64,000 bases of DNA from Deltaproteobacteria bacterium (GTDB taxonomy: Bacteria; Myxococcota_A; UBA796; SXON01), in NCBI GenBank assembly GCA_014191855.1, contig BJHF01000016.1, positions 11,020-75,019 of the forward strand, given 5' to 3'. The notes below the pieces were generated by a model. That model ran no database searches. It saw nothing but the letters and a program-made list of their open reading frames with translations, and was not told the origin of the DNA. Positions 1-8,933 of this stretch are shown in pieces (positions within the stretch are counted from its first letter, which is position 1; the number at the start of each line of letters is the position of its first letter). The position numbers and the translations under genes are program-made.

Positions 1-157
1 CGAGCACCAGCGGCCCCGCCGGCATGCCCGCGAGCCCGGTCGCCTCCACCCGTTCAACGTACATCGACCCCCGATATCAAGAAAGTCGACCGATCGGCGG
101 CCCCCCCCTCACGTCCCCCGATGAGCGCGCCGATCCCCGGGGAAAGGAGACGCCCTC

Positions 158-838
158 ATGGAAAGTCGCACCGAAGCCGGCAGCCTCTGGCTCACGCGCC
201 CCACCGACATTGCGGTTCATCTTGCGTGTGCGGCGGCCGACAAACGCCCGGTCACCCTCACCGCCGCCGGCGTGAACGCGCAGGGCGTCTTCTCGCCCCC
301 CGATCGCTCCGGCCCGATGTTCGTGCCCGATCCGCGCGGCCCGCTCTCGATGCCCCGCGTGGGCGCCACCGTGAAGGCCGAGTATTTTGCCCGCACCGAC
401 GCATTCTCGTTCTTTTCACGCCTCGTTTCCGTCGATGCGAACGGACGCTGGGTGCTGCAGTCGCCCCTCGCCGTCGAGCGCTGCGATCGCCGCCTCACCG
501 CCCGTCATATCGTCGTCGGCGTGTCCGGCTTCTGCTTCCGTCTCAGCAGCGTGCCCGGGCAGCCGCTGCTCGGCCTCTACGACATCGCCGAGGCTGGCGC
601 CGCCTTCGTCGCGGATCCCCGTCGTCATACCTTCCACTTCGAGGAGCATGTCCAGGGCACCATCCACATGCCGGGGGAGTCGCCCCTCAGCGTTACCCTT
701 GAAGTGCGGCACTCACGCGACTTCCCGCGCCAGAACAACCTCCGCATCTACGGCACGCGCTTCGTGGACATGGCGCCCGCGGCCGAAGCCACGCTCAAGG
801 AGTTCCTGGCCCACTGGGGCGGGGGCCGGCCGCGCTGA
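158..838 (+). CDS. PilZ-domain (YcgR-like) c-di-GMP-binding protein, 226 aa
   Basis: RxxxR (DRRLTAR) and DxxxxG (DIAEAG) PilZ motifs; N-terminal barrel-like region; AAAGGAG upstream of the ATG. Confidence 0.8.
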   Translation: MESRTEAGSLWLTRPTDIAVHLACAAADKRPVTLTAAGVNAQGVFSPPDRSGPMFVPDPRGPLSMPRVGATVKAEYFARTDAFSFFSRLVSVDANGRWVLQSPLAVERCDRRLTARHIVVGVSGFCFRLSSVPGQPLLGLYDIAEAGAAFVADPRRHTFHFEEHVQGTIHMPGESPLSVTLEVRHSRDFPRQNNLRIYGTRFVDMAPAAEATLKEFLAHWGGGRPR

Positions 839-1916
839 GCTCAGCCCGCAGAAAATCGAGGATCACCCCACGCGCCAGCTGCTCACCGATCCCGCCCCGC
901 CGAACGTCGAAGCCGTGATCGGCCATCGGGATGAGCACGGTGCGCTGCCTGGCGCCCGCGTCACGCAGTTGTTCCCGTAGGAACGTCGTGTTCTCCGGGC
1001 GAACACAGCGCTCGCCGGTGCCGTGGATCAGGAGCGTAGCCGGCAACGGCTGCCCGGCGATCCAGTGGCCGGGCGATGCGTCCCGATACCGAGTTCCCGC
1101 CGAATCTGGAGGTCCACCCAGGTAAAACTCGGTGGCCGCCACCCCATCAACAACGTCAGGAACATAGGGGTGATCGTGGGCCCATGCGACGTCGGTGACG
1201 CCGTACACCGACACCACGGCGCGCACCGGCGGCGTCGTGCCGCCGCACGAGGATCGGATTGAGTCATCGGCGTAGGCAGCCGTCAACGCGATCTGTCCGC
1301 CAGCGCTGCGGCCCAGCAGCGCGAGTCGCTCCGGGTCGATGCCGAACCGCTCGGCGCCCGCGACCACCGCCGCCAAGGCACATCGAACATCCTCGATTGC
1401 CGCGGGGAACGGGGCCTCTCCTGCGAGGCGATACCGCACGTCTACGACCGTGAACCCGGCGCTCGCCAGGTAGGCCGAAACATGGGGCACCTCGCCCTTG
1501 TCGCCCGAACGCCAGCTCCCCCCGTGCACGACCAGCACCGCAGGCCGCGGGCCCTCCCCGTGGCCCCGCCAGATGTCCGCCGAGACGGTGGTGCCCAGCG
1601 CCACATCGCGCTCTACCGCCACCACCGGCACCGATCCTCCCGTAAACCAGCTCCACACCGAGAACCGCTGATCCTCCTGGATGTACGGGGCGATCGAGAG
1701 GAGCCCCGGGAGCAGGCACACCACCATCCCCGTCGTGGCGGCCACGGTTACCCACCGCTCCTCGGTAACGTAGATGGCGAGAAGCCCGAGCAGAGCACCG
1801 AACAAACACCCCTCGATCGCCGCGAAGTGCACCATCCACCATGGCCACGACTGGGGCGGGGCAACCATGGCAACCGCTTGCAGCAACACGAGCACGGCGA
1901 GGACGCGGGCGAACAT
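795..1916 (-). CDS. Membrane-anchored alpha/beta hydrolase (HSL/BD-FAE-like esterase), 373 aa
   Basis: HGGSW oxyanion motif, GRSAGG nucleophile elbow, C-terminal HGF; N-terminal hydrophobic helices; start re-assigned to ATG 1916. Confidence 0.85.
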   Translation of the reverse strand: MFARVLAVLVLLQAVAMVAPPQSWPWWMVHFAAIEGCLFGALLGLLAIYVTEERWVTVAATTGMVVCLLPGLLSIAPYIQEDQRFSVWSWFTGGSVPVVAVERDVALGTTVSADIWRGHGEGPRPAVLVVHGGSWRSGDKGEVPHVSAYLASAGFTVVDVRYRLAGEAPFPAAIEDVRCALAAVVAGAERFGIDPERLALLGRSAGGQIALTAAYADDSIRSSCGGTTPPVRAVVSVYGVTDVAWAHDHPYVPDVVDGVAATEFYLGGPPDSAGTRYRDASPGHWIAGQPLPATLLIHGTGERCVRPENTTFLREQLRDAGARQRTVLIPMADHGFDVRRGGIGEQLARGVILDFLRAELSAAGPRPSGPGTP

Positions 1917-2083
1917 GAAACGCGGCGTATGCCGATCCGGCGGGTCAGGGGTGGGGCACTCTTCCGCAGGGCGACCGCGCCACGGCGCCACCAAAGTGCA
2001 AAAAGCCCCAACGACAATTGTTGAGTGAGACGAACTTCACTCGTGCCCTTTCGCTGCGCGTCAAGAATCGGTATGCTTTCCGG

Positions 2084-2221
2084 GTGCCCCCCCCGAACCT
2101 CAAGAAGCAGGCTGCGCTTTGGCTCGGCGGTGCGCTGCTCTTCGCGCTTCTCACCGTCGCCACCGCGCTTGTTTTCCTCCCCGACTTCGACATCCTGGCC
2201 CGCCACTACCCGGTGCTGTGA
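2084..2221 (+). CDS. Small single-TM protein, 45 aa, DltX/PatC-like candidate
   Basis: GTG 6 nt after TATGCT; basic N-terminus, one TM helix, ends HYPVL; its TGA overlaps the ATG of the next gene (TGATG). Confidence 0.65.
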   Translation: MPPPNLKKQAALWLGGALLFALLTVATALVFLPDFDILARHYPVL

Positions 2222-3201
2222 TGCGCTGGTTTCATGCGGCTGCCGGCGTCATCGTCGCCAGCGGGCTGGTGCTGGCCGGCGTGCTCGCGGCCTCGCGCGG
2301 CCAGTCCGATTCGATCCTCGAAAAGTGGACGGACATCGGCGGATACCCGTGGCTCAAGGCCAGCCTGCGGGAGGCGAACGTCGTGGTGATCGATCGGCCC
2401 CACATGGTGAGCGAGGCCATGCAATCGCGCACCTGGCTGTCGTCGATCGGGCGAACGCGCAGCTATCGGCTCACGACGAACTCGCTCCGGCTGCGCGGGC
2501 CGGAGATCGACGCGAAACCACCCGGAACCAAGCGAATCCTCGCGGTCGGCGAGTCCGTGACCCACGGGTGGGGGCTCGCCTACGAGGACACCTGGACGGT
2601 CAAACTGCAAGCTGAGCTCCGCGCCGGCGGCCAGGCGGTGGAAGTCATCAACGCCGGCGTGCCCTCGGCGTTCAGCGAGACGATGCGTGGGTTCTGCCTC
2701 GCGAAAGCCAAGGCGCTCGAGCCTGACTTGATCGTTTGGATGCGGCGGGCAGTGGGCCCAGGGGGCGCTCGATCATTGGCACAGGGCGCGCGCGACTGTG
2801 CGGCGGCCACCGGAGCGCGGATCGTGCTGGTCCTCCCGCCCATCTCCACCTTCGATGCCCATGGATCAACCGCCTACGTCAGCGAGGCACCGGAGCTCCA
2901 GGCGCTCCTGCCCGGTACCCAAGTGATCGAGCTGACGGACACGTTTCGCGCGGCCCAGCAGGGCCGCGGCGAGGTACTGGAGCATCGAGGCGCGAAGGCC
3001 GTGGTGGTGGATCAGGAGAGCGGCAAGGTGTGGCTGGAAGCGCCCTGGACCGATCAGGATCTCGACTCCTCGATCTACGCGCTGTTTGAGGCGGAGCCCA
3101 CCGTACGCGAGGCGCTCTTCTTCGATGAAGGGCACCCCGACGCCGAGGGGGCCACGCTGCTCGCGCACACCCTCGCCGAGCGGCTGGGCCCCGCGTTGTG
3201 A
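2221..3201 (+). CDS. SGNH/GDSL hydrolase-family protein with N-terminal anchor, 326 aa
   Basis: Block I GESVTHG, block II NAGVP, block V DEGHP; start ATG 2221. Confidence 0.85.
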   Translation: MRWFHAAAGVIVASGLVLAGVLAASRGQSDSILEKWTDIGGYPWLKASLREANVVVIDRPHMVSEAMQSRTWLSSIGRTRSYRLTTNSLRLRGPEIDAKPPGTKRILAVGESVTHGWGLAYEDTWTVKLQAELRAGGQAVEVINAGVPSAFSETMRGFCLAKAKALEPDLIVWMRRAVGPGGARSLAQGARDCAAATGARIVLVLPPISTFDAHGSTAYVSEAPELQALLPGTQVIELTDTFRAAQQGRGEVLEHRGAKAVVVDQESGKVWLEAPWTDQDLDSSIYALFEAEPTVREALFFDEGHPDAEGATLLAHTLAERLGPAL

Positions 3202-4166
3202 GCGAGGCGCCAGCTCCCCCGCCGCTGTTTCCGTGGCCCATCCGCTGGGGCCTCCCGCTGGCCGCCTGCTCCCTCGCCTGCGGCCTCTCCGAAGGCCTGA
3301 TGCGCCTCGCCGACGGAAACGCGTTTCCACAGGTCGATATCTTCGAGGCCCGCGAGGGTCAGCTTCGTTTGGAGGCCAACGCAGAGGCGCGAGTGCGCCG
3401 CCCCGACGGGGGTATCTACACGCTTCGCACCGGAGCCCGGGGGCTGAGGAGTCCGACGGGAAGCGACGTGCTCATCGTCGGTGACTCCCAGGTGCTCGGC
3501 TATGGCGTGGAAGACGATGAGCCCTTCCCTGCGTTGCTCCGGGTGTTCAACGCGGGGGTTCCCGGGCACGGGATCGCGGACGCGGTGCAACATGCAGCGG
3601 AGCTGATCCCGGCGCTGCGCCCCTCCGTGGTCTTGCTCGTCGTCAACCAGGCGAACGACTGGGACGAAGGGATGAAGCCAGCGTTGGAGCGCTACGTCGT
3701 GCGCAACGGATGGCTGGGCTCCGCGTCGCAGGCGAACGCCACCGGCGTGCGATTCTGGTCGAGCCCCCTCTCGCGAGTCCACCTGCTCGCATACCCGGCG
3801 TTGGTGATCTTCAAACGAGCGCCACAGCCGCCGGGCCTGCCCGACCCCGCGCTGGCGACCACGTTTCGGTCGGCGTTCGATGCGCTGGCCCACGAGAACC
3901 CGGGGGTGCGCTTCATCGCCGCGTACCTCCCGGTCGACGCGGCCACCTCGTCGGTGCGAGCCGCCGCCTCCCCGCTGGCGCTCCCGGGCGAGCCGTGGGC
4001 CGACACGACGATCCACGATGCGACGCTCGCCGCGTTCGCCGGCACCGAGATCATCGACCTCCTACCTATACTCTCCGAGCCCGACAATTTCCAGGTCGGA
4101 GATTATCACCTCTCGGTGAAGGGGCATGCCGCGGTGGCGGGGGTGGTGCGGGAGCGGCTGCGGTAG
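3198..4166 (+). CDS. SGNH/GDSL hydrolase-family protein (AlgJ/PatB-like), 322 aa
   Basis: GDSQVLG, NAGVPG, ANDW, DYHL motifs; GTGA overlap with the upstream gene. Confidence 0.85.
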   Translation: MSEAPAPPPLFPWPIRWGLPLAACSLACGLSEGLMRLADGNAFPQVDIFEAREGQLRLEANAEARVRRPDGGIYTLRTGARGLRSPTGSDVLIVGDSQVLGYGVEDDEPFPALLRVFNAGVPGHGIADAVQHAAELIPALRPSVVLLVVNQANDWDEGMKPALERYVVRNGWLGSASQANATGVRFWSSPLSRVHLLAYPALVIFKRAPQPPGLPDPALATTFRSAFDALAHENPGVRFIAAYLPVDAATSSVRAAASPLALPGEPWADTTIHDATLAAFAGTEIIDLLPILSEPDNFQVGDYHLSVKGHAAVAGVVRERLR

Positions 4167-4298
4167 CGGCTGCGCCGAAGCTCCTCGCGCTCCATCCCCC
4201 AATCGGACACTCCCTCCCCGCACCCCCCTTGCCACTCCCACCCCCCGTGCCAATCTTCGCCGCCGTGAAGACGACCTGCATGACCCAATAGCGACCGC

Positions 4299-4386
4299 GC
4301 TCCCAGGAAACACCGCCCTCCGGGGGAACGTGTGCCCGCAGCAATCCTGCTGCGGGGCACGGTCCCCCCGGGTGGTGTCTGGGAGC
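4299..4386 (+). promoter_or_regulatory. Long imperfect hairpin covering the RBS of the 4391 gene
   Basis: GCTCCCAG/CTGGGAGC, ACACC/GGTGT, GGGGG/CCCCC, CGTG/CACG and CCCGCAGCA/TGCTGCGGG arms around an ATCC loop. Confidence 0.5.
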
Positions 4387-4390
4387 AAAC

Positions 4391-4858
4391 ATGCAATCGC
4401 GTCTAAATCGGCAGGATCACCCTGCTTCTGAGCTCGACCTTCCCCTCGAGACCCTGGTGGAGCACCACTTCGGCCCGGCAGACCCCCGGCCCGTCCTGGA
4501 GCGCCTCGGGCCCCTGCCGCTCGGCGCGGCGAGCCTCACGCTGCCCCTGTGGGCGTGTGTGCTCGGCAAGGAGGCCAGCGGGTGGCGCCGGGTGGGCAGC
4601 GTCACCTTCGGGCGTGGGCAGGTCAACGCCCAGTTGATCGGGTTGGATGCCACGTTCGAGCCGGCCTGGCGCGCCGCGATGGGCCTCCGGGTGAACCCCG
4701 GGGATGCCAAGTCGGTGGCCGTGTTCGCGGTGGAGCGCGGGGGCCGCTGGGTGGTCCTCGGCCAGGCCAAGCTCACCGAGAGCCTGCTCTTCCTCGGGTC
4801 CCGCGAGCTGATCGACAGCCGCCGCGACCACCCGCTGCTCGGGGGAAAGCGCCGGTAG
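4391..4858 (+). CDS. Hypothetical protein, 155 aa
   Basis: GGGAG SD 5 nt before the ATG; GC-rich third positions; fills the gap; no motif recognised. Confidence 0.7.
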   Translation: MQSRLNRQDHPASELDLPLETLVEHHFGPADPRPVLERLGPLPLGAASLTLPLWACVLGKEASGWRRVGSVTFGRGQVNAQLIGLDATFEPAWRAAMGLRVNPGDAKSVAVFAVERGGRWVVLGQAKLTESLLFLGSRELIDSRRDHPLLGGKRR

Positions 4859-4870
4859 GCGGCGGGGGGC

Positions 4871-4900
4871 GGGGCGGGGGTGGGAGGCCACCCCCGCTCC
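4871..4900. terminator. GC-rich hairpin between convergent genes
   Basis: GGGGCGGGGGTGG-GAGG-CCACCCCCGCTCC; no U-tract. Confidence 0.5.
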
Positions 4901-4903
4901 ACC

Positions 4904-6580
4904 CTACTTCACCCGATACCCCCCCATCTCGTTGTTGAAGATCCACGCCACCAGCTCGCCGATCTCGAAGTCCACCGCCATGAAGCTGGTGATCGAGGCC
5001 GCCGCCGACCCTTCGTCGCGCAGGGTGGCCCGCGCCTCCAGCATCTTCCGGCAACGCGCGCGCCAGATCTTCATGTTGGCGGGGCGGAGGTCGATCCATC
5101 CCTTGAGCGCCCACGCGTCCACCTTTTTGGGATCGTCGAGCTTCACGGTGTCGTTGTGCCCCTCCAGCTCGGGGACGTTGATGCGCGGCCCGCGGAGCAG
5201 GCGCTTGCCGTCGGGGAGCAGGATCGGGATGCCGATCGAGGGCGCGGTACGCCGCGTTCCCGAAGGGGCCAGCGCAGCGTCGCAGCGCTTCGACATCTCG
5301 GCGTAGTCCGTAGAGGCCGCCACGGCCTCGATGGTGCCAAAGGCGTGACGGAGGAGCTCCGCTTCGAAGAGCAACTTCGACAGCTCCGGGGGGCCCAGGC
5401 GCCCAAGCGCGACGGAGGGGATGCCGCTCTCTTTCTCGGCGGCGTCGAGGTCGCGGATGGCCACGTTTCGGACGAGACCGGCCTTGTAGGAGGGGGTCAT
5501 CACCGCGCCGTCCATGGCGCTGATGGCATCATTCCCGGTGTTCGCGCCCCGGATCTCGAGCACGACCGTGGTCGCGATCTCCTCGGGAGTGATGTACTCC
5601 ATCTGGCCGAGGGCGGTGATGGCCGCGAATTCGCCGCGGGTGAACACGCCGTTCTCGCCCGTGTCCACCACGGCAACGCGCAGCTTGCCGTTCTTCTCGT
5701 AGCCCTTGGGATCTTCGCGCAGGTTGAGCGCGCCTTCGCAGGCCACCTCATGCGCGTCGTACAGCTCGCTGTTGTCGTGCTTGTCCTTGGTTTCCATCAC
5801 CTGCACGGCGCGGTAGCCGATCATCGCGGCAGGCTTCACTTCTTTCACGATGGGCGCGTTCGGCGTGCGGGCGAGGAGGAACAATAGTCCTGTGTGGCCA
5901 AAGGCCGCCTCGTTCTTGGCGAGGAGCTTCTTCGAAGGCTTGTCCTCGCTGTGGGTGTAGGGGATGTTCAACCCCATGCCGCCGGTCCCGGTGGTGCCGA
6001 CCTTCACATACACCCGGGTGCTGTATTCGGTCGTTGCCTGGTGGAGAAAACGGACGTGACGGATGAGCTGCGGGGCGCTCTGGGAGAGCAAGAAGGCTTC
6101 GAGATCATCCACGCCCTTCGCGTCGTACCCGTCTTTGCCATCCTTGCCGATCCAGGCGCGCACCTTCGCCGCACCGTCGAACACGTCCTGGTAGGAGAAG
6201 CCGGTGGCGGTGTTCACGCAGTCCACGATGACTTCGGGGCGGTGCATGCGGATGAGACTGACGAGGTGGTTATCGGCGTAGGCCGCGTCGTAGTCGTCGT
6301 AGAGCGCGTTGAGCAGCTTCCGCCGAAGCGCGACGTCGGCGAGCACCTGCGCGCGGCTCAGCTTGGCCATGTCGCGGGGAACGAAGAGGTTTCCCCAGGC
6401 CGGGACGAACGCTACCGCGTCGCCATACTCGCGCTCCAGGCGCTTGCACGCGGCCACCGACTCCGCCTCCAACAACGACGCCACCACGATGCGGCGGGGC
6501 GAGAGGTTCGCGACGATCTGACGGCATACCTGGAGGCCAACGAGGCCGGCGCCGCCGAGGATGAGGAAGTCGTGGTACAC
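4904..6580 (-). CDS. Large NAD(P)-binding Rossmann-fold oxidoreductase of unknown substrate, 558 aa
   Basis: N-terminal LILGGAGLVG dinucleotide-binding motif; GTTGTGGMGLNIPYTHSE segment; GTG 6580 with GGAG SD. Confidence 0.75.
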   Translation of the reverse strand: MYHDFLILGGAGLVGLQVCRQIVANLSPRRIVVASLLEAESVAACKRLEREYGDAVAFVPAWGNLFVPRDMAKLSRAQVLADVALRRKLLNALYDDYDAAYADNHLVSLIRMHRPEVIVDCVNTATGFSYQDVFDGAAKVRAWIGKDGKDGYDAKGVDDLEAFLLSQSAPQLIRHVRFLHQATTEYSTRVYVKVGTTGTGGMGLNIPYTHSEDKPSKKLLAKNEAAFGHTGLLFLLARTPNAPIVKEVKPAAMIGYRAVQVMETKDKHDNSELYDAHEVACEGALNLREDPKGYEKNGKLRVAVVDTGENGVFTRGEFAAITALGQMEYITPEEIATTVVLEIRGANTGNDAISAMDGAVMTPSYKAGLVRNVAIRDLDAAEKESGIPSVALGRLGPPELSKLLFEAELLRHAFGTIEAVAASTDYAEMSKRCDAALAPSGTRRTAPSIGIPILLPDGKRLLRGPRINVPELEGHNDTVKLDDPKKVDAWALKGWIDLRPANMKIWRARCRKMLEARATLRDEGSAAASITSFMAVDFEIGELVAWIFNNEMGGYRVK

Positions 6581-6717
6581 GTGCGCTCCGAAAGGCCGGC
6601 GAGCGTAACGGGCGCGGGCGCTCGCTGCCGGTCGTGGCGAGGGCGAGGGCGACGAAGCCACGGGGGACTGAGCCGCGGTTCAGGGCCGACGACGCACCGG
6701 CGGGTTATCGCGCGCAC

Positions 6718-8631
6718 ATGAAGCTCTCTGGCCGCATCCTGATCCTCGCCGACGATCCGGCGCTCGTCGCAACCCAGCTTGACGGCCAGGATCTCGCGTG
6801 GTCGGGGCAGCCCTTGCACTACGGCGTAAACACGGACCTGATGATCAGCGGTGCCGCCTGCACGCTCGGGTATACCGGCGAGGTTTTGGGCCCCTGGTTC
6901 CTCGAGAACTTCAAGGAGGTCGTGAAGCAGGACTCCGTGAAGGCAGGCGGCTTCCAGGTGATCGTCGGCGGCGATGCGTACGGATCGGGTTCATCTCGCG
7001 AAGTGGCCGTCGTTGCGCACCAGGGGGCGGGGATCGAGCTGGTGATCGCGAAGAGCTTCCAGCGCATCTTCCAGGAGAACATGGTTTACGGCGGCATGCC
7101 GTTCACGACGGATCTCGGCGTTGTGGATCGCCTGCGTGGCGGCGAGGATGTGGACACGCGGGCGTTCTTCACGGCCCTGCCAACGTTCTTCCGCGCCGTG
7201 GCGGAGGGCGGCGGCCTCCTCGAGTACGGGAAACGGCTGCTCGCCGGCGAGGTGGTGCCGACGTACGACGTGAACGTGCCGGCCCGGCCGCTCAACGCCG
7301 TGGAGAAGATCATCGCGCGCAAGGCGTGGACGGGCGGCCCGAACGACGGGATCGCCGCCGTTGAGCCTGGCGATCAGGTGCTATGCCGCACCGCCTTCCG
7401 CGGGGTGCACGAGTACACCGCGGGGATGGTGGTGGCGCTGTACCGGGAGGCGTTCGGCAGCGAGCCGATGTACGCGCCAGAGCTCGTCGCCGCGTTCGAA
7501 GACCATTTCGTGCTCATCGACGAAGCCACGGTCCCGGAGAACGTGAAGCGCGCGCGGCTGGCGCCAGCCCGCCAACTCACCAAGGAGATGGTGGATGCGT
7601 GCGAAGAATACGGCGTGCGCCTGCACGGGCCGGGCCGGCCCTTCAAGCCCGGCGTTTGCCATCGGCTTGTCGTGGAAGAGTACGGTCGCCCCGGGGACAT
7701 CATCATCCTCACGGACAGCCACACGCCAACGGCCGGCGTGCTCAACGCGTTCGCGTTTGGGGTCGGGAGCACGGCGATGGCGTTCGCGTTCCGCACCGGC
7801 CTGATTCCCGTTACCGTGCCGAAGGTGGTTCGCGTGGTGATCAACGGCGAACCGCGCGGCGTGCTCTCCCCGAAGGATCTGATCCTGCACATCATCGGCG
7901 ATCCCTACTTCCGCGAGGAGCACTGGCGCTCCTCGCCGACCGACACCTGCGTCATCCAATTCGGCGGGCCTGGCCTCGACCACTGGAACGTCGACGAGCT
8001 GTCGGTGCTCACGAACATGACCGTGGAAGGCGGGTTGATGACCGGGGTCGTGGAGCCGTGCCGCCCGATTGTCGAGTTCCTGAAGCTCCGGCGCGGCGTA
8101 GATGTCACGCCAGAGCTGGTGCACCCAGACCCCGACGCAACCTACGAGCGCACGATCACGATCCACCTGGACGACGTGCCGCTCACAGTGGCAACCCCCG
8201 GAGATTCTCGCAACCGCGAGTCGCTCGCTGCGCTCCCGAACGTGGCGATCCATAACGTGGTGATCGCCTCATGCACGGGTGGCTCGCTCGCCGATCTGCG
8301 TGCTGCAGCATCAGTACTTCGCGGCCGGAAGCTGGCAGCGGGCGTCCGGATGACGGTCACCCCATCGAGCGCCGACGTCGCGTCGGCCGCACAGGCAGAG
8401 GGGCTGCTCGACCTGTTCTTGTCACTCGGCGCGGTCGTTTCCCCGCCGGGGTGCGGGAGCTGCATTGGGAACGGTCCGGGGATCCCGCTTGCGGGAGAGA
8501 CGACCGCCAGCACCACCAATCGCAACTTCGATCGCCGCATGGGCAGCGCGGGGCCGGTGTTCCTCGTGTCCCCCGCCGTGGCCGCGGCGAGCGCCGTCAC
8601 CGGCAAGCTCACGGATCCGAGGGACCTGTAG
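6718..8631 (+). CDS. Aconitase-family [4Fe-4S] hydro-lyase, fused LeuD-like swivel plus LeuC-like domains, 637 aa
   Basis: Swivel motifs GSGSSRE and AKSFQRIF; large-subunit motifs DSHT, ASCTGG, GCGSCIG, STTNRNF. Confidence 0.9.
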   Translation: MKLSGRILILADDPALVATQLDGQDLAWSGQPLHYGVNTDLMISGAACTLGYTGEVLGPWFLENFKEVVKQDSVKAGGFQVIVGGDAYGSGSSREVAVVAHQGAGIELVIAKSFQRIFQENMVYGGMPFTTDLGVVDRLRGGEDVDTRAFFTALPTFFRAVAEGGGLLEYGKRLLAGEVVPTYDVNVPARPLNAVEKIIARKAWTGGPNDGIAAVEPGDQVLCRTAFRGVHEYTAGMVVALYREAFGSEPMYAPELVAAFEDHFVLIDEATVPENVKRARLAPARQLTKEMVDACEEYGVRLHGPGRPFKPGVCHRLVVEEYGRPGDIIILTDSHTPTAGVLNAFAFGVGSTAMAFAFRTGLIPVTVPKVVRVVINGEPRGVLSPKDLILHIIGDPYFREEHWRSSPTDTCVIQFGGPGLDHWNVDELSVLTNMTVEGGLMTGVVEPCRPIVEFLKLRRGVDVTPELVHPDPDATYERTITIHLDDVPLTVATPGDSRNRESLAALPNVAIHNVVIASCTGGSLADLRAAASVLRGRKLAAGVRMTVTPSSADVASAAQAEGLLDLFLSLGAVVSPPGCGSCIGNGPGIPLAGETTASTTNRNFDRRMGSAGPVFLVSPAVAAASAVTGKLTDPRDL

Positions 8632-8933
8632 CGGCGCTGCGATGCGGGGCGGGGCGCGCGGTCCCAACCCGCCGACTGGATGTGCCCCACATTACAAAAA
8701 CGACGGCGGCCCTCAGCCCTTGACGTGTCACCACCCGGTCCCGGACCGTCAATCCGTACCCCGCCTGTCAGCCCGACTTTTTCCGCGGCGTGAAATTGTC
8801 TGTATCTTCTGTGCCGTCCCGGGCGTACGCGTGAGCACGCCGCGAACGCGCGCAATTGAGTATCGCCACCTGCGCATTCGGACCCGCGAACTTCGGGGTA
8901 CACTGCTCATGCCCCCGTCTCCGGAGCCGCCTG

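Noticed and set aside
2023-2042. GAGTGA-N8-TCACTC inverted repeat as a CRP-like site
   Set aside because: Spacing does not fit CRP; single occurrence
4191-4256. G-quadruplex potential on the minus strand
   Set aside because: G/C runs are common at this GC content; no independent support
4299-4386. SRP or 6S RNA
   Set aside because: Lacks the SRP GGAA loop motif and is too short for 6S; kept as a cis hairpin
8632-8933. Riboswitch upstream of the giant lipoprotein
   Set aside because: Only short inverted repeats; no recognisable aptamer consensus
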